This document shows, piece after piece, positions 27,328 to 36,386 of a stretch of DNA of 60,881 bases. Numbering within the stretch: the stretch's first letter is position 1; every line of letters begins with the position of its first letter. Source of the DNA: Candidatus Ancaeobacter aquaticus (GTDB lineage: Bacteria > Auribacterota > Ancaeobacteria > Ancaeobacterales > Ancaeobacteraceae). The stretch lies in NCBI GenBank assembly GCA_030765405.1, contig JAVCCP010000060.1, forward strand, positions 1-60,881, read 5' to 3'. Below the pieces are notes generated by a model, which was given only the letters and a program-made list of their open reading frames with translations, was not told the DNA's origin and ran no database searches. The translations under genes were made by a program, and so were the position numbers.

Positions 27328-27534
27328 TTATTTGTTTTCTATTTTTTTATCTTTTTTAAATGCCCAGTATCCAAGCAAAAACAAATTCACCGGTGTTATT
27401 AAAGACAGTATACCGTACAGTATCGGGTTCCTGCCGTTTTTCTCTGCTATCTTACCAAAACATACACCGATATATATCGTAATAACAGTAATCAGTACTC
27501 CTTGAAGAAATTCTTCCATATTTCCCTCCTTCAT
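27328..27534 (-). CDS. Small two-TM membrane protein
   Basis: Two hydrophobic segments; KIAEKNGRNP motif; GGAGG RBS. Confidence 0.6.
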   Translation of the reverse strand: MKEGNMEEFLQGVLITVITIYIGVCFGKIAEKNGRNPILYGILSLITPVNLFLLGYWAFKKDKKIENK

Positions 27535-27711
27535 ACGTTTTGTATACAGATTTTATTTATTTATATTATACAGCATTGATACTACTGGTGCGAGTTTATT
27601 ATTCTATAAAGTAACAGAAATAGCTATTCCTATTGTCGCTGGCACTATGGTATTATATCGTTACATTATTCAGTTATCCGTCTTACTCTTAACATAAGGA
27701 GATCGTGCACT

Positions 27712-28179
27712 ATGAAAAAGTTTTTATGGATACTCATTGTCATTGCCATTGTTGTCTTAGGAGGATACGTTACCTTTACATGGTTTAATCCTTTTGCTAA
27801 AAACACACCGCCTGAAATACAGCTCGGAAAAAAACTTGAAGAACAGTTTTGGGTTGATATGACAACACGTAACTGGGGAGCTATTGAAAATAAGCTCGCA
27901 GACGGTTTTCAATCCATACATGAAGATGGCGCCCGTAACCGTGATCAAGAAATAAAACTTATTAAAGGGCTTAAACTCGAAAAATATAAACTCTCAAACT
28001 TTAAGATAAGCCGTAACGGACCGATTATAGTTGTTACCTACGAAGTTGCTAGCCATCATGAAATTATTGATGGTGACATTATTCCTAAAACACCATCCAC
28101 TCGTTCAAGTGTATGGCTCATGACGGATAAAGGTTGGCAATGGATACATCACGCTAATCTCGCACGATTAAAAAAGTAA
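27712..28179 (+). CDS. NTF2-like/DUF4440 protein with an N-terminal anchor
   Basis: N-terminal TM; RSSVWLMTDKGWQWIHH terminal strand. Confidence 0.75.
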   Translation: MKKFLWILIVIAIVVLGGYVTFTWFNPFAKNTPPEIQLGKKLEEQFWVDMTTRNWGAIENKLADGFQSIHEDGARNRDQEIKLIKGLKLEKYKLSNFKISRNGPIIVVTYEVASHHEIIDGDIIPKTPSTRSSVWLMTDKGWQWIHHANLARLKK

Positions 28180-28223
28180 CAATAAAAACAACTTATATAC
28201 AAAATGAAAAGGTATCCCTATTG

Positions 28224-29933
28224 TTATGCTTTGGGACCGAAATAACGTAACACCATGAGTGTTATATCATCCGATTGAGGAACACCGCGTGTAAATGTAT
28301 TTATCTCATCTAAGGTATCTACAACTAACTTTTTGACTGTATCTTCTTTATGTGACTCGATTCCATTTCGTAATCGCTGTTCAGAAAATTGTTGGTGGTC
28401 AGCGTTAAATGCCTCTGTGACGCCATCCGTGTACATAAAAAATGTATCTCCCGTCGCCAAGGTTAACGTATCCTTTATATATATCGCTTCTTCTAATACA
28501 CCAACAACCGTACTGCGTGATCCGTTCAAGAAATCAACACTACCGTTTTCCCGAATCACAACCGGTGGATTATGCCCGCCACATGCATACTCTATCACCC
28601 CTGTTCTAATATCCATAATACCGCAAAAAATAGTTACGAAAATATAGGAGTCGTTTTCATGCAACAACTCTTTGTTTACCTTATCAAGTATTTCGCTCGG
28701 ATCCTGTGTTTCTTTTGCAATAGACTTTATAAGTGTTTTAGCGACAGCCATAAAAAGTGACGCGGGAACGCCTTTGCCTGATACATCACCGATTACAAAA
28801 CAAAAACGGGTTTCATCAATAAAAAAGAAATCGTAAAAATCTCCGCCAACTTCTTTTGCAGGTTTTAAGACTGCGTAAATATCAAATTCTGGCCGATGAG
28901 GAAACGCAGGAAATATCTTTGGCACGATACTCATCTGTATGTCATGTGCGATCTTAAGTTCGTGTTCCATACGTTCTTTTATTGCTGTTGTTTCTTTCAA
29001 TCGTTGAATGTAATCTTTTAGATCCTTCACCATCTTGTTAAAAGACACGGCAAGATCACCGACCTCGTCGCGTGAAGTGATACGCTGTTCATATGATAAA
29101 TCTCCTCGTGAAACTTTATCAACACCTTCATGGAGATCATGTAATGGCCGCATCATAACAGTTGTGATCCTCGAAACGACAAAGGCCACCATTATAAGCA
29201 AGACCACCATCATTGAGATCAATTTCCATTGCAGTGCCGCAATCGCTTTTTGGGCCTTGTCCATTGATAGACCAATACGAAACGCACCCCAATGTCTCTC
29301 TTTTATAATTATTGGAGATGATATGTCCCAGATAACGTCACCCATGTCACGTTCATAAATTTGTCTAAGGTATGATTCTTTACGGTTCTCACATACTGTT
29401 TTTGCAACACGATCAGTATATATCCGTTTACACCTGCTGTATGCGCGATCAATCGCAAAATCACCGGTAAGCGGTTTGCTGTAAATTGAGTTGTGCGCTG
29501 GCGCATACCCTCGCATATCCATTACTGCCGCATACACGAACTGCGGATCTTCTAAAAACTTATCTTCTATCCCAACGATTTTATCATCTAAATAAGTGTC
29601 CAATCCTGTCTGGTAATGATATTTTCTCATCGATGCAATATCTTTTGCTGATTCATTACGGTACCCTTCAATCACTTTTTCTGAAAACATCTCAGCAACT
29701 AATGTCTGTTCAAATATTTGATCTTCAGTATACACACCGTTATCAATAAGTTCTTCTAAAATCCTACCAATTGATGTCGCACCTATCTTTGCTGCGGTAA
29801 CACCTTTTTCAAGTATTCTCTCATATAACTGTGTTGAACGGTCATGGACCAAATAATAGGTAAAGACCCCTATGATCATCGTCATGATGAGGATAGTGAC
29901 ACAGGCTAGTCGAACTGATAATTTTTTAAACAT
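28224..29933 (-). CDS. Membrane RsbU/SpoIIE-family PP2C phosphatase with sensor and HAMP domains
   Basis: Two TMs; HAMP; EVGGDFYD, GDVSGKG, YTDGVTEA and SDDIT motifs. Confidence 0.92.
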   Translation of the reverse strand: MFKKLSVRLACVTILIMTMIIGVFTYYLVHDRSTQLYERILEKGVTAAKIGATSIGRILEELIDNGVYTEDQIFEQTLVAEMFSEKVIEGYRNESAKDIASMRKYHYQTGLDTYLDDKIVGIEDKFLEDPQFVYAAVMDMRGYAPAHNSIYSKPLTGDFAIDRAYSRCKRIYTDRVAKTVCENRKESYLRQIYERDMGDVIWDISSPIIIKERHWGAFRIGLSMDKAQKAIAALQWKLISMMVVLLIMVAFVVSRITTVMMRPLHDLHEGVDKVSRGDLSYEQRITSRDEVGDLAVSFNKMVKDLKDYIQRLKETTAIKERMEHELKIAHDIQMSIVPKIFPAFPHRPEFDIYAVLKPAKEVGGDFYDFFFIDETRFCFVIGDVSGKGVPASLFMAVAKTLIKSIAKETQDPSEILDKVNKELLHENDSYIFVTIFCGIMDIRTGVIEYACGGHNPPVVIRENGSVDFLNGSRSTVVGVLEEAIYIKDTLTLATGDTFFMYTDGVTEAFNADHQQFSEQRLRNGIESHKEDTVKKLVVDTLDEINTFTRGVPQSDDITLMVLRYFGPKA

Positions 29934-30117
29934 TATATATCCCTAATACATTATATTTATTACTCCAGAATTAACTCCCCTTCAGGGATAATTTCCCCTT
30001 CGAGGACCAAATCCTTGGAAACGCTCCTCGTTTCCTAAGGGCGACTATAGAAAAAACAACTATCACCATTTCTATCTAAAATCGCTGTGCGATTTCTTCT
30101 TGGCATACATCGCGCAC

Positions 30118-30175
30118 ATCCCCCCTAGATTTTCTCGGTCTTCGCCTCCAAAATCGTGAAACAGGGGGGATAGTT
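30118..30175 (-). repeat. Dispersed repeat copy A with terminal inverted repeats (MITE/REP-like)
   Basis: aactatcccccc...gaggcgaagaccgagaaaatctaggggggat; matches 36290-36335. Confidence 0.75.
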
Positions 30176-30223
30176 CGACTATGGTAAATTCGCATAGTTT
30201 CACTTGCGACTTTACCAGTCTCA

Positions 30224-30889
30224 CTAAAACCTTACTTTCCCTTTTACTCCAATAACGGTGACCTTACTTTTATCGTTTACCATACTATCAATGTTCATAT
30301 TCTCTTTATTATCCCACTTTACCTGTATATTCGGTGCTATCATCAGATAATCATTCACGTTAAAGGCGTAATCAACTTCTATTTCAACTTTTTCATCTTT
30401 AAACCATCTATCGTTATCCAATGATTGCGGGACTTCTTTCTTTGCCGATTTTTTCCCGACAATATCACTGATCCGCCCTACCAATTCATCCCAATAACTA
30501 TTTCCCTCTTGCGCCTGGTCAGCAAGACCACTCCAGGACATTCGCCTTTGATCAGCTATTTCCCATACATAGCCCACTTTTCGACCACTTATAGAAAAAC
30601 CTATTGCCGCGGGACTACTCGCGTGCCTACGTGTTTCAGTGTCATTATACACACACTTCACTTTATTAAAGAGATTAACGGTATGAACTCGTTGGCTTAG
30701 CAAAAAGAATGGTTCGTAAATAAGGGATAAGTCAGTGAATCTAGGATCAACTGTTTCGCGATCAATAGCATAAGTTAACACAACGTCAGTTGTCTTTTTT
30801 TGCACCTTCAAAGACTGCTTTTCTGATGAATGGCAATCTCCTACTGATCCAGCAATAATACATACAATCAATACAGCATACTTAAGCAT
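30224..30889 (-). CDS. Exported protein ending in an OprB-like beta-barrel C-terminus
   Basis: Signal peptide; EVDYAFNVNDYLMIAPNIQV..VIGVKGKVRF resembles the end of the OprB at 14963. Confidence 0.55.
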   Translation of the reverse strand: MLKYAVLIVCIIAGSVGDCHSSEKQSLKVQKKTTDVVLTYAIDRETVDPRFTDLSLIYEPFFLLSQRVHTVNLFNKVKCVYNDTETRRHASSPAAIGFSISGRKVGYVWEIADQRRMSWSGLADQAQEGNSYWDELVGRISDIVGKKSAKKEVPQSLDNDRWFKDEKVEIEVDYAFNVNDYLMIAPNIQVKWDNKENMNIDSMVNDKSKVTVIGVKGKVRF

Positions 30890-31008
30890 AGCTACTATAA
30901 TACTCCTGTCTTACTATAATTTGCATATCCCATAGTACTTAAAAATAATTACATTGCCAATACATAATTCTGCTTCTATAATTGATGCATCAAACAATAG
31001 GAGGGTAT

Positions 31009-31566
31009 ATGAATAGTCTACGACTCATTATTATGTTTGTCTCTATCATTTTTGTGTTTTTTGCTGTAACAGGAAAAAGTTTTTCAGACGGTACCTGGGC
31101 CGGAAACAAGCAGAAAGGGGGCTGGGCTGGAAACAAGAATAAAGCTACTACTGACCGTTTCGCTAATGAAAAAGCATCAAATGTATGGGCCGGTAGCAAA
31201 CAGGATATAAAAACTACCACACAATCATTAGACGATACTGATACCTGGGCAGATAACGAACCACCGTTTGAACCCGCTCCGGCAATATCTGACGGTAACT
31301 GGGCTGGAGATAAAAAAGATCAGGAGATCGCAACCGAAACATTAGATGAAACTGATACATGGGCCGAAAACGAACCAACTTTTGAACCGCCTCAAGCGAT
31401 ATCCGGGGGTGACGGTAACTGGGCAGGGAAAAAAGTTTCAAATACGACCGGAAGATTTGAAACACCGCAAAAACCACGCTGGGCAGGTGAAAAAATAAGA
31501 AAGCAACAAGAAGAAGCTGAAAATGAGCCAGATTCTGGTGTATCCGTACCAATTGACCAACAATAA
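31009..31566 (+). CDS. Secreted/anchored low-complexity protein with repeated WAG motifs
   Basis: N-terminal hydrophobic segment; 8 W-A-[GDE] motifs; GGAGGG RBS before ATG 31009. Confidence 0.7.
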   Translation: MNSLRLIIMFVSIIFVFFAVTGKSFSDGTWAGNKQKGGWAGNKNKATTDRFANEKASNVWAGSKQDIKTTTQSLDDTDTWADNEPPFEPAPAISDGNWAGDKKDQEIATETLDETDTWAENEPTFEPPQAISGGDGNWAGKKVSNTTGRFETPQKPRWAGEKIRKQQEEAENEPDSGVSVPIDQQ

Positions 31567-31595
31567 TGAGAGACATTGCGAAAAAATGAGAAAGG

Positions 31596-32363
31596 TTGCC
31601 TACGGCAATGCCAAAAACTGATATAAACGGCTTTAAACGACGATCGAAGAATGTATTTGATCCTAACGCAACGAAACCGTTCAAACTGAGTCGCACAAAA
31701 CTAGAAAACTTTGTTTGTTGCCCTCGATGCTTTTACCTTGATCGCCGACTCGGCATTGGTGTTCCTCCGGGATTCCCTTTTAACCTTAATTCCGCTGTTG
31801 ACCATCTTTTCAAAAAAGAATTTGATTCGTATCGCGCACAGAAAAAACCACATCCGCTTATGCTCCAATACAATATAGGAGCGATCCCTTATCAGCATAA
31901 GGACCTTGACACATGGCGAGAAAATTTTGTGGGGGTCCAATACTATCACGAGAAAACTAATTTTTTATTATTTGGTGCAGTTGACGACATATGGGAAAAA
32001 CCAGATGGAGAGCTGATCGTGGTAGATTATAAATCTACCAGCATTAACGGAGAGATCACCTTACATGACGAGTGGAAAGATTCATATAAACGGCAGATGG
32101 AAATATACCAGTGGATCTTAAGGAGAAATGGTTTTGCCGTATCAAATACCGGCTATTTTGTGTATGCAAACGGACTCAAGGATCCCGATGGATTTAATGA
32201 TACTTTGCTATTTAAAACAACCGTGCTCCTCTATACCGGGAACGACTCGTGGATAGAAGATACATTGATCCGTGCGCACGAATGTCTCTCAAGCAACACT
32301 ATCCCAGAGTACAACTCCGAATGCAGTTTTTGCGCGTATCAAGCACTCACTCATAACGTATAA
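31596..32363 (+). CDS. PD-(D/E)XK nuclease, Cas4/RecB-like, stand-alone
   Basis: LSRTK..CPRC; GAVDD; VVDYKS; QMEIY; terminal CSFC. Confidence 0.85.
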   Translation: MPTAMPKTDINGFKRRSKNVFDPNATKPFKLSRTKLENFVCCPRCFYLDRRLGIGVPPGFPFNLNSAVDHLFKKEFDSYRAQKKPHPLMLQYNIGAIPYQHKDLDTWRENFVGVQYYHEKTNFLLFGAVDDIWEKPDGELIVVDYKSTSINGEITLHDEWKDSYKRQMEIYQWILRRNGFAVSNTGYFVYANGLKDPDGFNDTLLFKTTVLLYTGNDSWIEDTLIRAHECLSSNTIPEYNSECSFCAYQALTHNV

Positions 32364-32549
32364 TTATTTTCTGTTTACCAGCGCTATCACACCAAATGCT
32401 ATCGTAAAAAGTAAACATGTATTCGCAAAACGTAAAAATCCTAGTGGCATAAGACCCATTACAGTTGAAGTGCTGAATATTCTCAGTACCATACCTACAA
32501 CAAGACTGATCAAAGCAATAACAAGTGCTGCCATTGCGGCTGACTTCAT
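32364..32549 (-). CDS. Small two-TM membrane protein
   Basis: Hydrophobic 61 aa; GGAGG RBS. Confidence 0.6.
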   Translation of the reverse strand: MKSAAMAALVIALISLVVGMVLRIFSTSTVMGLMPLGFLRFANTCLLFTIAFGVIALVNRK

Positions 32550-32613
32550 ACCTGCCTCCTTTTAACATTATTTCATTTACTCCTGTTAGTAATTGATTTT
32601 TTACACTTACCGT

Positions 32614-33813
32614 CTACTGGGCCCACTGTTTCTTCATCGTGTTGTACACCTTGCGGAAAACTGTTTTATACCAATCACCTTCAGGCTCGATCGCTACTAT
32701 CCCAAACCATTCTTCGACATCGCTTGGATCGTGCTCTAAAGAATCTTCTTTACCAAATTTCCACCATGAATCCAAATACTCATGGATACACATACCAGCT
32801 AACGGTACTTTTGCGGCAATCAATTCTTTCCATGTTTCCTGCAAATACTCTGCATGCTCGTCTTCCGTATTACCGCCATATCCATAATGCGGCGGACCGG
32901 TATGTTGAGCGTTCGGAGATTCTGAGAGACCTGTTTCAGTAATAAGAAGCGGTTTATCAGGATATTCTTTCTTAAAGTGTTCGGTCCACATTTCAAATAA
33001 CGACTTGTTCCTTTTATCTAAATCAATTCTTGATTCTTCCCATATGCCGTACGGATAAATATTATAGCTCCTAAAATCCAAAAAGGGTGTGTCCAATATG
33101 TCTTCAGTTCTTACTTCATTCGAATATGAAACTAAATGTGATTGCCCATAATGCACCATTTCATATTCTTTAGTATAATCTGCCATTTCAGCCAAAAAAC
33201 ATTCTGTTGGCGTTGCTCCTTCCTGAGCCGAGACATAGGCACCTTTGTAAGATTTGATCTCGGGATGCAACGTGTCAGTTTTTAACACATTTCTTCGATA
33301 CAATTCATTACCCACAAGAAATGCAACTATCGGTGGAGGATCGTCCTGTGAGTACACTGAATAAATACGATCAATTGCTATTACTATATTCTTCTTACAC
33401 TTTTCCTTATATGCCGAGCTCTGATAATCATTTTGAGATGCATCAAACCATACCGTTTGTATAAAACATAACCCGCCAACATCTTTAAGTGCTTTATAGC
33501 AAAAGGCGGGAACATCCCAAAACCGAATGGTGTTTGCGCCCATTTCTTTTATATCTCTAATGTCTTTTACTATGCTTTTTTTAAGCTTTTCAGGAAGATC
33601 TGTTCGAGGGGATAATTCCCATGGAAGAAAGCCGGGATAAATTGGCACATACACAACACCTTTAATAATTAATGGTGTGCCGTTTTTGAGGATATAATTT
33701 TTGCCGGCTGTATAGGTATCTGATGATGTTGTTTTCTGAGCACTGCAATTAATAGAACTAAAACTACTCATCAATATCGCGAGAATTAATATAGTTATAC
33801 GTTTAGTCGTCAC
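32614..33813 (-). CDS. Exported clan GH-A glycoside hydrolase (GH2-like TIM barrel)
   Basis: IKGVVY, GANTIR, VGNE (acid/base) and ITETG (nucleophile) motifs. Confidence 0.8.
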   Translation of the reverse strand: MTTKRITILILAILMSSFSSINCSAQKTTSSDTYTAGKNYILKNGTPLIIKGVVYVPIYPGFLPWELSPRTDLPEKLKKSIVKDIRDIKEMGANTIRFWDVPAFCYKALKDVGGLCFIQTVWFDASQNDYQSSAYKEKCKKNIVIAIDRIYSVYSQDDPPPIVAFLVGNELYRRNVLKTDTLHPEIKSYKGAYVSAQEGATPTECFLAEMADYTKEYEMVHYGQSHLVSYSNEVRTEDILDTPFLDFRSYNIYPYGIWEESRIDLDKRNKSLFEMWTEHFKKEYPDKPLLITETGLSESPNAQHTGPPHYGYGGNTEDEHAEYLQETWKELIAAKVPLAGMCIHEYLDSWWKFGKEDSLEHDPSDVEEWFGIVAIEPEGDWYKTVFRKVYNTMKKQWAQ

Positions 33814-33859
33814 GCAATCGCCTTTCAGCTACAAACAATCAATATGGAACACGTTCATC

Positions 33860-34897
33860 CTAATACAAAAAGAGCGTGTAAATAAAAAGCGCTATAAATG
33901 CTGCCGGAAAAAGAACACGAGACCGTTTATCAATAGATAAAGCGAGCATATCCTTACCTCTCTTTGCTAAGACACTTGTTGTAATAGCTTCGACTAACGC
34001 AAAGAAAACAAGCATAGTTGAGCCAAGCATGTACAGATCAAGCCGCGTCAGATAATAGATACGCGGTAAACTATTACTCACCGCATATTGGAACGCTATA
34101 ATGGTAAGCATTGATGTCGCTGCAACACCGAGCTGAGGCCCTAATTCTTTCGGATCAACCCAGAAAACGATAAAAGACATAAAGACAATAAATATAAGCG
34201 GTATAATAAGTCTGAATATATAAAAGCTAGAATATCGTTTTACCGGCACGGTAAAATCTACCGATGTTAATTTTCTGTTTTTCTGATAATCTACAGTGAG
34301 GGTCCCAATCTCTGCGGTTAAATCACCCACTTCCCAGTCAGCAATAGATACAGTTTTGCTTCTTCCGGTACCGACTTTCTTGACAGAAAACTTCACTTGC
34401 TCTGGAGTATATCCTGCTGCAATAATTTTTATAGGTAGAATATCTTTATCAAACGGAAATTTCTTGAGTTCCATAGGAAGTGAGAAATCCCCAATATATG
34501 ATTGGAGATAAATAACCTCACCATCTGGTGTAACGGTAACAGTATCTTTAGGATTATATATTTTCTTAAGATTCTTTTGATTGAACACAAATAAACGAGG
34601 GTTCCAATGATCACGGAGTGGAAATTTCCGATACGTACCTTCACTCGTTTCAGTCTTATTAGCTAACCGCTCATCTTTCCACTGTGCTGTTATAAAACAG
34701 TTTGCTGAAAAGGACTGTTTCATACTGTCTATCTCAAATATATCTACGATATACGCATCAAGTAATACTTCTGTAGGCGTCCCCTTCGGATCGGGACGAA
34801 CATGGGTCCTTACAATTTCAGCAGATACATAAGATGCGCTCATACATGATACAATAAAAATTAAAAGACTCATTAGTCTTAGTGTTTTTTTGATCAT
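33860..34897 (-). CDS. Prokaryotic pentameric ligand-gated ion channel (GLIC/ELIC-like)
   Basis: Signal peptide; WxDxRL, WNP and Pro-loop FPFD motifs; four TM helices with LP at M2-M3 and YLTxxD. Confidence 0.88.
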   Translation of the reverse strand: MIKKTLRLMSLLIFIVSCMSASYVSAEIVRTHVRPDPKGTPTEVLLDAYIVDIFEIDSMKQSFSANCFITAQWKDERLANKTETSEGTYRKFPLRDHWNPRLFVFNQKNLKKIYNPKDTVTVTPDGEVIYLQSYIGDFSLPMELKKFPFDKDILPIKIIAAGYTPEQVKFSVKKVGTGRSKTVSIADWEVGDLTAEIGTLTVDYQKNRKLTSVDFTVPVKRYSSFYIFRLIIPLIFIVFMSFIVFWVDPKELGPQLGVAATSMLTIIAFQYAVSNSLPRIYYLTRLDLYMLGSTMLVFFALVEAITTSVLAKRGKDMLALSIDKRSRVLFPAAFIALFIYTLFLY

Positions 34898-34938
34898 AAT
34901 TCACCTTTATTGTATTAGGTTATGTGTTTAATACCCCG

Positions 34939-35415
34939 TCAGACTTTTTTTATATTGTAATCATACACTGTATCAATAATCCACACATACACACAGCCAA
35001 TAAGGAGAGCTACTTCAATCCATAATGATCCCCATGTACGTATATGCTCTAGATCGATTTTTGTCGTAAAACATCCGCAGTTCAATTCTATACCGCGCAC
35101 TAATGCTGATATCAATGCCAGAATAAAAAGAAAACACAATCCAGACAGTAGTAGTGCACATGCGCGTGCCCATACATTGAATATAAGAAGTATCCCGACA
35201 AATAGTTCTAACCATGAGAGCCACAAAGCTGAAAGCACCGATAGCTCCCATGATAACAGATCAAACTCATTAATGATCTCGGCAAATTGTGCGGGATATA
35301 AAATCTTGTCTATACTTGCATATACAAAGAGCCCGCCAATCACTATTCGTGCAATTATCGATATCAAGGATTTAGGATCGCTTGCATAAACAAAGAATCT
35401 TTTCATGTGATACAT
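34939..35415 (-). CDS. DoxX/MauE-family membrane protein
   Basis: ARIVIGGLFVYASIDKI, WLELFVG and RGIELNCGCF motifs. Confidence 0.85.
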   Translation of the reverse strand: MYHMKRFFVYASDPKSLISIIARIVIGGLFVYASIDKILYPAQFAEIINEFDLLSWELSVLSALWLSWLELFVGILLIFNVWARACALLLSGLCFLFILALISALVRGIELNCGCFTTKIDLEHIRTWGSLWIEVALLIGCVYVWIIDTVYDYNIKKV

Positions 35416-35417
35416 TC

Positions 35418-35552
35418 CTAGAAAAAGTTAATGTGCACACCACGAAAATGGAACATATTTACCAATATTCCCGTAAGAAGCGAGATAACAAGAAGTATTA
35501 ATATCTTCAGTGTGTCGTTTGCAATAATTTTTATAAGAAATTTATAATTCAT
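35418..35552 (-). CDS. Small 44-aa membrane ORF missing from the track
   Basis: Manual translation MNYKFLIKIIANDTLKILILLVISLLTGILVNMFHFRGVHINFF; ATGA overlap with the nitroreductase stop. Confidence 0.5.
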   Translation of the reverse strand: MNYKFLIKIIANDTLKILILLVISLLTGILVNMFHFRGVHINFF

Positions 35553-36121
35553 TTTTCCACAATAATATCTTTTAATGTTCTTTTCGGTACATGATGAACG
35601 TTTTTATCGTCACGCCAGTATTCAATCTTGCCGTCACTAGGAAGCTCTTCAATAATGACTTCTTCTTTTGGTTTTCCTAACGCTAAAACCATAAAAATGT
35701 GATGTTTAGATTTAATATCGAGTTCTTTGCGTAACTCGTCCCTATGTACGGCTGCTATAATGCATCCTCCATAGCCAATCTCAGTCGCTCCAAGCATAAT
35801 GCTCTGAGCTGCAATACCCGCATCGTGCGGGGACATTCGTGAGACAGGATTATTTGCGAGTATAATGATATACGCTGAGGGCTTCTCGCCAACGTCAGGA
35901 CCTTTCCATTCTTTGAGATATCCTGCCCACGTCAAATGTGGAAATATCTTTTCATTCATTTCAGGGGTATTTGAAAGAATATATCTCAGAGGCTGCGCAT
36001 TTGCCGCTGACGGCGACAAACGTGCTAGATCAACGAGATCCTTAAGTGTATCTTCGGAAATTTTTTCATCTTCATAAAACCTTCTGCAACTTCGATTTTT
36101 TAAAATAAGATCTTTGAGCAC
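35549..36121 (-). CDS. Nitroreductase-family protein
   Basis: NRSCRRF, PSAANAQP, AWAGYL-like segment and DAGIAAQS motifs. Confidence 0.9.
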   Translation of the reverse strand: MLKDLILKNRSCRRFYEDEKISEDTLKDLVDLARLSPSAANAQPLRYILSNTPEMNEKIFPHLTWAGYLKEWKGPDVGEKPSAYIIILANNPVSRMSPHDAGIAAQSIMLGATEIGYGGCIIAAVHRDELRKELDIKSKHHIFMVLALGKPKEEVIIEELPSDGKIEYWRDDKNVHHVPKRTLKDIIVEK

Positions 36122-36289
36122 AATGCCCCCTGTTTTTTTATTATATTACACCTTATCGTGCTCATTTGCACTTTTTTATTGCTAATAATCTAATACATAT
36201 TAAACTATTTTGGGTTATGAATAACAGTAATAAAGTTATGCAACAACTTATTGACGAGTTCTACAAGAAACGAGTATTTTGCAAAGTCA

Positions 36290-36335
36290 AACTATCCCCC
36301 TTTAGAGGCGAAGTTCGAGAAAATCTAGGGGGGAT
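36290..36335 (+). repeat. Dispersed repeat copy B (internally shorter)
   Basis: 3' 31 nt match copy A at 29/31; shared 5' aactatccccc. Confidence 0.75.
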
Positions 36336-36386
36336 AATATAGTAATAATTGTACCTTTTAAACTCTCTAAAAAATAGGAGGAAAAA

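Noticed and set aside
30182..30217. c-di-GMP-I riboswitch upstream of the phosphatase
   Set aside because: GGTAAA is present, but the GACGCAAAGC junction and second stem are missing
31596..32363. CRISPR-Cas locus around the Cas4-like gene
   Set aside because: No repeat-spacer array or other cas genes anywhere in the window
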